64,000 nt of DNA from Candidatus Buchananbacteria bacterium. GTDB taxonomy: Bacteria; Patescibacteriota; Patescibacteriia; 2-01-FULL-39-33. The notes beneath the pieces were generated by a model that was not told the DNA's origin, searched no databases, and worked only from the letters and a program-made list of their open reading frames with translations. Below, one piece after another: positions 58,631 through 64,000 of the stretch. Numbering within the stretch: the first letter of the stretch is position 1; each line of letters opens with the position of its first letter. Position numbers and translations under genes: made by a program. The DNA is taken from NCBI GenBank assembly GCA_041666945.1, contig JBAYFY010000001.1, forward strand, positions 182,627 to 246,626, given 5' to 3'.

Positions 58631-59248
58631 ATGAAAACTGCAAGTAAAACTGGAAATAGAAATAAGAAAGTCGGAACCGGGATTATCACCGCTATTACCG
58701 TCGCAGTTGTAAGCCAAGGCGGAAAAGCCGAGGACTTGACTGCGGTTGTCGGGCACAATGAGTTGCTCAAGCAATTAGCCGCGGCCGTCATTGAGCTTTC
58801 CCGTAAGATCATCCAACTCGTCATTGACTATCGTATGACTTTGGCGCAGATGATCATCGCTGGCAAGTATGACCGGGTGAATTCGGACATCAACGCCGAA
58901 CATTTCCCGATCAATGGGAAGGGCAAGAAGGCGGTCGACATTGAACTCTGGCATCCGAACAGATATTTTAAAAACGGCGACGAAGTGATTGCCGAGCTGA
59001 AAAAGTCCAAATATGGTTATCGTTTCGCCACCCTGCCGGAACTTTTGGCTCTGGGCGCGGCTCAACCCGAGTTGCAACGGCAATTCCTGATTGCCGCTTT
59101 GGGTTCAATTTGGCGCCGCACCGGCTACCGCCGTTTCGCCTACCTCCACGGGTCTGACGCTATGCGCGACCTGGACCTGGGCTTTCTCGGGGGTGCTTTC
59201 CACGGCTATTGGCGCTTTGCGGTTGTCCGCGATCCTGCCTGCCGGTAG
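58631..59248 (+). CDS. Hypothetical protein, candidate DGR target with variable C-terminus (paralogue 2)
   Basis: Preceded by AAGGAG. Paralogous to 57902..58600 over the C-terminal ~140 aa; the N-termini differ. Confidence 0.72.
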   Translation: MKTASKTGNRNKKVGTGIITAITVAVVSQGGKAEDLTAVVGHNELLKQLAAAVIELSRKIIQLVIDYRMTLAQMIIAGKYDRVNSDINAEHFPINGKGKKAVDIELWHPNRYFKNGDEVIAELKKSKYGYRFATLPELLALGAAQPELQRQFLIAALGSIWRRTGYRRFAYLHGSDAMRDLDLGFLGGAFHGYWRFAVVRDPACR

Positions 59249-59285
59249 GTAAGTAATTTTGATTAGACATTGACCTCTGAATTTT

Positions 59286-59315
59286 CCGCGCGATAACCCT
59301 TATCGCGCGGCTTTT
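59286..59315 (+). terminator. GC-rich hairpin after paralogue 2 (terminator and/or DGR cis-acting hairpin)
   Basis: CCGCGCGATAA-CCC-TTATCGCGCGG-CTTTT: 11-bp perfect stem. Confidence 0.65.
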
Positions 59316-59486
59316 ATTTGATAAAGCTCATAAAAAATTGGCACGGAATTGGAAAGTATGTTATACTGTATATATTGCGGGGTTAATTGCCCGGCCAAAA
59401 TAGATTGGCAGGTATGATACTGGTGAAATTTCAATAAATTTACTTATTAAATCAATTTTTATAAATTTTTATTTAACAGGGTAAAT

Positions 59487-60422
59487 ATGAAAAAAATTAT
59501 TTCTAAAATTTCCGACTGGTGCAAGAATGTTTGCGCCAAGCGCGAGGGGCAAAGCAATTTTAAACGCGGCCTGATAATCGGCCTGATCGTTGCCGTAATC
59601 ATTATTATCATTTTAGTATTGGTTTTATGGCTATCCGGCGTTTGGGACGGCAAAAAAGACGATTCTCAGCCGGCTAATCCCGTCGCCGAAGCCAAAGTAA
59701 TCATTTTGACTTCCACTCATTGCGGCAACAAATGCTGGGATACTGATTTGTTCATAGACGCCCTAAAAAGCAGGAGCATAAAAATCACCGATACGGAAAC
59801 GCTTAAGGTTGACGGTTGGTGGCCTTGGAGTAAAGGCAAGGCCTTGGCTAAAAAACTGCAGGTAACCAAAGTCCCGACGGTCATAGTGGAAGCCGATTTT
59901 AGCAAAAATCCAGATTTGGCGGCTTTTTTCACCAGCACTTTAGGCAACACGGTGGATAACCAGTTTGTCTTAACTAAAATCCTGGCACCCTATTATGATT
60001 TGGCTCTAAAAAAACTTAAGGGCGAAATTTTGATTACTTACTTGACCGACGCTTCATGCAAAACCTGCTATGACGTCAAGACCCATGAAACGGCTTTGAA
60101 GAATTTGGGCATGCCGACCAACCGATCCAAAACCGTGGACATTTCCTCATCTGCCGGCAAGGCCTTGATTGATAAGTATAAGATCACTAAAGCCCCGACA
60201 GTCATAATTAGCGGCGAAGTCAGCGAGTACCCGGTGTTTATTCAGGCCTGGGTTGACGTGGGAACTGTTACCGGCGATGGCGTTTATATTTTTACCAATC
60301 TGGATTTGATGGGTGATTATAAGGATTTGACTACCGGCCAAGAGGTGAAAGCGGACGCCGCCAAGGCCTCCGGTTCGCAGACAACGCAAACCACGGCAGC
60401 CGCCAAAACAACAACCAAATAA
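59487..60422 (+). CDS. Membrane-anchored protein with two thioredoxin-like repeats
   Basis: N-terminal TM; repeat 1 'LTSTHCGNKC...VTKVPTVIV', repeat 2 'LTDASCKTC...ITKAPTVII'. Confidence 0.65.
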   Translation: MKKIISKISDWCKNVCAKREGQSNFKRGLIIGLIVAVIIIIILVLVLWLSGVWDGKKDDSQPANPVAEAKVIILTSTHCGNKCWDTDLFIDALKSRSIKITDTETLKVDGWWPWSKGKALAKKLQVTKVPTVIVEADFSKNPDLAAFFTSTLGNTVDNQFVLTKILAPYYDLALKKLKGEILITYLTDASCKTCYDVKTHETALKNLGMPTNRSKTVDISSSAGKALIDKYKITKAPTVIISGEVSEYPVFIQAWVDVGTVTGDGVYIFTNLDLMGDYKDLTTGQEVKADAAKASGSQTTQTTAAAKTTTK

Positions 60423-60434
60423 TTTGTAAAAGCT

Positions 60435-60465
60435 TCAACCTCGCTAAAGCGAGGTTGATTTTTTT
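60435..60465 (+). terminator. Intrinsic terminator
   Basis: TCAACCTCGC-TAAA-GCGAGGTTGA-TTTTTTT. Confidence 0.85.
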
Positions 60466-60497
60466 CGGTTAAAATGTTATATTTTAATCATCCGATT

Positions 60498-61187
60498 ATG
60501 AAGTTATACATCGTGGCTACGCCGCTGGGCAATCTAAAAGATATCACTTTGCGGGCGTTGGAAGTCCTAAGATCAGCGCCTTTAATCGCCTGCGAAGACA
60601 CCCGCGTTTCCGGCAAATTGTTAGCGGCTTACAATATTAAAACCCCGACCGTTTCTTATCACCAGCACAGTTCTTCGGGCAAGGTGGATTTTTTGTTGAA
60701 TAAACTGGCTGAAGCGGGGGAGATGGCAATTATCACCGATGCCGGCACGCCGGGCATTTCCGATCCCGGGAATTTGTTAGTGGAAGCGGCGGTTAAAAAG
60801 TTTGGCTTAAAGTGCGAAATTATACCCATTCCCGGGCCTTCAGCCATTATCGCGCTGCTATCAATTTCCGGCTTGCCGACCGACCGATTTTTGTTTTTGG
60901 GTTTTTTGCCTCATAAAAAAGGCAAAGAAACCATGCTGAAACGAATTATAGACAGCGAAGAAACCGTTGTTTTTTACGAGTCCACCCATCGGATTATCAA
61001 GTCCCTGGAAAAGTTAGGGGAGTTGATGTCTTTGGGGGCGAATAATGACAGACGAATCGTGGTCGGCCGCGAGCTGACGAAAAAATTTGAAACCGTCCAT
61101 CGCGGCAATATTAAGCAAATTTTAGAGCAATTAAAATCCGATACCGCTAAGGGTGAATTTGTCGTGGTGGTGGAAGGAAAGAAATAA
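60498..61187 (+). CDS. rsmI: 16S rRNA (cytidine(1402)-2'-O)-methyltransferase
   Basis: 'LYIVATPLGNLKDITLRAL', 'ACEDTR', 'DAGTPGISDPG', 'PIPGPSA', 'FYESTHR', 'RELTKKFE', 'KGEFV'. ATG at 60498. Confidence 0.95.
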   Translation: MKLYIVATPLGNLKDITLRALEVLRSAPLIACEDTRVSGKLLAAYNIKTPTVSYHQHSSSGKVDFLLNKLAEAGEMAIITDAGTPGISDPGNLLVEAAVKKFGLKCEIIPIPGPSAIIALLSISGLPTDRFLFLGFLPHKKGKETMLKRIIDSEETVVFYESTHRIIKSLEKLGELMSLGANNDRRIVVGRELTKKFETVHRGNIKQILEQLKSDTAKGEFVVVVEGKK

Positions 61188-61188
61188 T

Positions 61189-62694
61189 ATGTCCAAGTTT
61201 TATATTACAACGCCAATTTATTATTCCAACGCCGAACCGCACATCGGTTCGGCTTATCCGACGATTGCCGCCGATGTTTTGGCTCGCTATCACCGCTTGC
61301 GCGGCGAAGAAGTGCGCTATCTGACCGGAGTGGATGAACACGGCCAGAAGATGTCCGATTCGGCCGCGGCCGCGAATAAATCGCCGCAGGAATTTTGCGA
61401 TGAAATGGCGGCCAAATGGCAATTCGCCTGGGACGCGCTTGATATCTCTAATGATGATTTTATCCGCACCACTTCCAATCGCCATAAGGACGGCGTGGCC
61501 AAGTTGCTATTGAAATTAAAGGAAGCCGGGGCGGTTTACGAAGGCAAATATGAGGGTTATTATTGCAAAGGTTGCGAGGCCTTTGTGACGGAAAAGGACT
61601 TGATTGACGGCAAATGCCCGGTGCATCAAACCAAGCCGGAATTGATTGAAGAAAAAAATTATTTTTTTAATCTGAAAAAATATCTGCCGGAAGTGGAGCG
61701 GCTGATTGATACGGATAAAATCAGAATTTTGCCGGCCAGCAAAAAGAAAGAAGTGCTGGGGTTGTTCAAACAAGAATTATCTGATTTTTCCATTTCCCGC
61801 CAAAATCTCAAATGGGGCATACCTCTGCCCTGGGATCCGACCCAGGTTGCTTACGTCTGGGCCGATGCTTTAAGCAATTACATTAACGCTTTGGGATATG
61901 GCTCCGATGATGAGACAATGTTAAACAAATTCTGGCCGGCCGACGTGCACGTCATCGGCAAGGATATTATCAAATTCCACTGTATTTTTTGGCCGGCCAT
62001 GCTTTTGGCTGCGGAAATACAGCCGCCCCAGACCGTTTTTGCCCATGGATTTTTTACGGTTGACGGCCAGAAAATGGGCAAATCACTGGGTAACATCATT
62101 GACCCGCTGGAGTTAGTAAAAGGATTTGGCGCCGATGCCGTCAGATATTTGTTATTGTCGCAATTTCCGTTCGGCCAAGACGGGGATATCAAAGCGGAAA
62201 AATTCGTTACCCAATATAATTCCGATTTAGCCAACGGCATCGGTAATTTTTCTTCCCGCGTAACCGCCATGGCCGAGAAATATTTTAACGGCTCGGTGCC
62301 CGGCAATCGCGACAGCGAATTAAAGGCGGAAACGGAAAAGATTATCGGCCAGTATGACCAGGCCATGGCTGATTTCTTGCCTGACGGAGGCATTGAAGCG
62401 GTCAAGGCGCTGGTTGCCTTAGGCGACGCTTATGTGGAAAAAAACAAGCCCTGGGAATTGGCCAAGTCCGATACCAAAAGATTGGAAGAAGTGATTTATA
62501 ATCTGTTGGAATTATTGCGCCATGTCGGTGTTTTGCTCTGGCCCGTGATGCCTGAAACCGCCGGTAAAATCCTGTCATCCTTGGGCCAGGATAAGTTTAC
62601 CGGCCAGGATTACAAAAACTTGATCGTCTGGGGGCTACTGGAACCGCAGGGCAAGGTAGAAAAGATTTCCGGCTTATTCCCTAGAATTCAATAA
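61189..62694 (+). CDS. metG: Methionine--tRNA ligase (short form without C-terminal tRNA-binding domain)
   Basis: 'FYITTPIYY', HIGS (HIGH variant), 'TGVDEHGQK', Zn knuckle CKGC...CPVH, 'YVWADAL', 'GKDIIKFH', KMGKS. ATG at 61189. Confidence 0.96.
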   Translation: MSKFYITTPIYYSNAEPHIGSAYPTIAADVLARYHRLRGEEVRYLTGVDEHGQKMSDSAAAANKSPQEFCDEMAAKWQFAWDALDISNDDFIRTTSNRHKDGVAKLLLKLKEAGAVYEGKYEGYYCKGCEAFVTEKDLIDGKCPVHQTKPELIEEKNYFFNLKKYLPEVERLIDTDKIRILPASKKKEVLGLFKQELSDFSISRQNLKWGIPLPWDPTQVAYVWADALSNYINALGYGSDDETMLNKFWPADVHVIGKDIIKFHCIFWPAMLLAAEIQPPQTVFAHGFFTVDGQKMGKSLGNIIDPLELVKGFGADAVRYLLLSQFPFGQDGDIKAEKFVTQYNSDLANGIGNFSSRVTAMAEKYFNGSVPGNRDSELKAETEKIIGQYDQAMADFLPDGGIEAVKALVALGDAYVEKNKPWELAKSDTKRLEEVIYNLLELLRHVGVLLWPVMPETAGKILSSLGQDKFTGQDYKNLIVWGLLEPQGKVEKISGLFPRIQ

Positions 62695-62696
62695 AA

Positions 62697-62784
62697 AAGT
62701 AATAAGTAATACGTAACAGGTAACAAGTAAATAAATAGCTATAATAAAAAATTGCTTTTTACTTTTTACTTATTACATATTACG
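62697..62784. repeat. Heptamer tandem repeats in inverted arrangement (second copy)
   Basis: AAGTAAT AAGTAAT ACGTAAC AGGTAAC AAGTAAA ... TTTTTAC TTTTTAC TTATTAC ATATTAC G. Confidence 0.7.
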
Positions 62785-62798
62785 GTTATCATAAATTT

Positions 62799-63320
62799 AT
62801 GACATTCACGCTTGTCGACGTTATCTTAATCATTATCGTTTTGATTTTCGTGATGTGGGGGTTTGTCATGGGCCTGATACGTTCCATCGGCGCTTTAGTC
62901 GGCATAGTTTTGGGCACTTGGCTGGCCGGCCATTATTTTATGCCGGTGGCCGATTGGCTGACGCCGGTGCTGATGGGTCACGCCGTGGCCGCGAAGATCA
63001 TCGCCTTTCTGCTGGTTTTTATTATAGTCAATCGTCTAACAGTCCTGCTGTTTTACCTGATTGACCGCGGTTTCAAGCTGATTTCCATCATTCCTTTTCT
63101 GGGCTCTTTAAATCGGCTGGGCGGCATGCTTTTAGGGCTGGTTGAGGGCGTTTTGACTTCCGGCATCATGATATTCGTTTTAGCCAAAATCGCCCCGGAT
63201 ATTTCCTTAGTCAAGGACTCCTTGGCTAATTCCCAGGTGGCGTATTGGCTGGTTTTGTCAGCTACTTGGCTGACTAAGCTTTTGCCTGAAGCGTTTAACA
63301 AGATCCAGTCAATATTTTAG
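62799..63320 (+). CDS. cvpA: CvpA family (colicin V production) membrane protein
   Basis: 'VDVILIII...GFVMGLI', 4 TM, 'LNRLGGMLLGLVEG'. Confidence 0.85.
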   Translation: MTFTLVDVILIIIVLIFVMWGFVMGLIRSIGALVGIVLGTWLAGHYFMPVADWLTPVLMGHAVAAKIIAFLLVFIIVNRLTVLLFYLIDRGFKLISIIPFLGSLNRLGGMLLGLVEGVLTSGIMIFVLAKIAPDISLVKDSLANSQVAYWLVLSATWLTKLLPEAFNKIQSIF

Positions 63321-63358
63321 GATTTTTCAATTTTTTTAAAAGTCGCGATTAACCGGCT

Positions 63359-64000
63359 ATGTTAGTTGATTCCCATTGCCATTTGAATTTTATCTCTTTC
63401 AAAGACGACGCCGCTAAAGTGGCGGCTGATTTTTTGTCGTCCAATTACGCTTTAATCAATGTGGGCGCGCAATATTCCACTTCCCAACGGGCAATCAAAT
63501 TGGCGGAAACATTCAAGCGCGGCGTTTATGCCGCGGTCGGTTTGCACCCGCTGCATCTGATTGAGGACGGCGAGGAAACCGTAATGCTTGACGGCCAGCC
63601 CCATACTTTTAAAACCGCGCAAGAGGACTTTGACCCTGACAAGTACCGCCAATTGGCCAAATCTTCGGTTAAAGTCGTGGCCCTCGGGGAAGTCGGCTTG
63701 GATTATTATTATTTTGATAAATTTTCCGCCAGCGAAATTGCCGATCTTAAAATTAAGCAGGAGCGGGCTTTTCGCGGTTTCATCGCTTTAAGCGAAGAGT
63801 TGAATTTGCCCCTGATCATTCACACCCGCGGTTCGCGGCAAGCGCCTGACGACGCTTATGATGACATTTTACGCCTGCTGCAAGATGAAATTAATTCCGG
63901 CCGGAAGATTAAAGGGGTGGTGCACTGTTTCGGCGGCAATGCCGAACAAGCTAAAAGTTTTCTTCAGCTCGGATTATTTTTGGGTTTTACCGGCATCATA
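63359..64000 (+). CDS. tatD: TatD family deoxyribonuclease/hydrolase, 5' part (runs off the window; absent from the ORF track)
   Basis: ATG at 63359 gives MLVDSHCHLNF...AAVGLHP...VVALGEVGLDYY...LPLIIHTR...GVVHCF, the TatD metal-binding motifs; follows metG/cvpA. Confidence 0.9.
   Translation, partial: MLVDSHCHLNFISFKDDAAKVAADFLSSNYALINVGAQYSTSQRAIKLAETFKRGVYAAVGLHPLHLIEDGEETVMLDGQPHTFKTAQEDFDPDKYRQLAKSSVKVVALGEVGLDYYYFDKFSASEIADLKIKQERAFRGFIALSEELNLPLIIHTRGSRQAPDDAYDDILRLLQDEINSGRKIKGVVHCFGGNAEQAKSFLQLGLFLGFTGII

Noticed and set aside
57650-59486. Complete DGR cassette (RT, Avd, template repeat)
   Set aside because: I saw no reverse-transcriptase ORF and no AAC-rich non-coding copy of the variable region. 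Neither paralogue is the adenine-rich template of the other.

Overview
Window from a small-genome bacterium using genetic code 11, most consistent with Patescibacteria/CPR (Parcubacteria-like). This assignment is inferred from tight gene packing, mostly SD-less AT-rich starts, palindromic intergenic elements and gene content. Left end (1-4.6 kb): a MacAB-type ABC exporter operon flanked by DUF5666-like genes, plus tRNA-Glu(CTC). Middle (about 4.9-55.5 kb): a roughly 50 kb surface-glycan/glycoconjugate locus with an O-antigen-ligase-like protein, 8 GT4, 6 GT2, 1 GT9, 3 further GT-C-like membrane domains, a Wzx-like flippase, GtrA, DUF2304, a WcaJ/WbaP-like initiating transferase, 2 deacetylases, a FemAB-like GNAT and 4 class I methyltransferase domains. 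It also carries 12 radical SAM domains (10 B12-binding class B-type, 2 SPASM/twitch-type) and three unusual domain fusions. Right end: SIMPL, tRNA-Ala(CGC), tRNA-Val(CAC), a ZIP transporter, a cluster of palindromic/tandem repeats, two tandem paralogues whose 3' ends show the codon pattern expected of diversity-generating-retroelement (DGR) variable regions (no RT or template seen in the window), a tandem thioredoxin-like protein, rsmI, metG, cvpA and a partial tatD. All family assignments come from motif reading by eye, not database searches.
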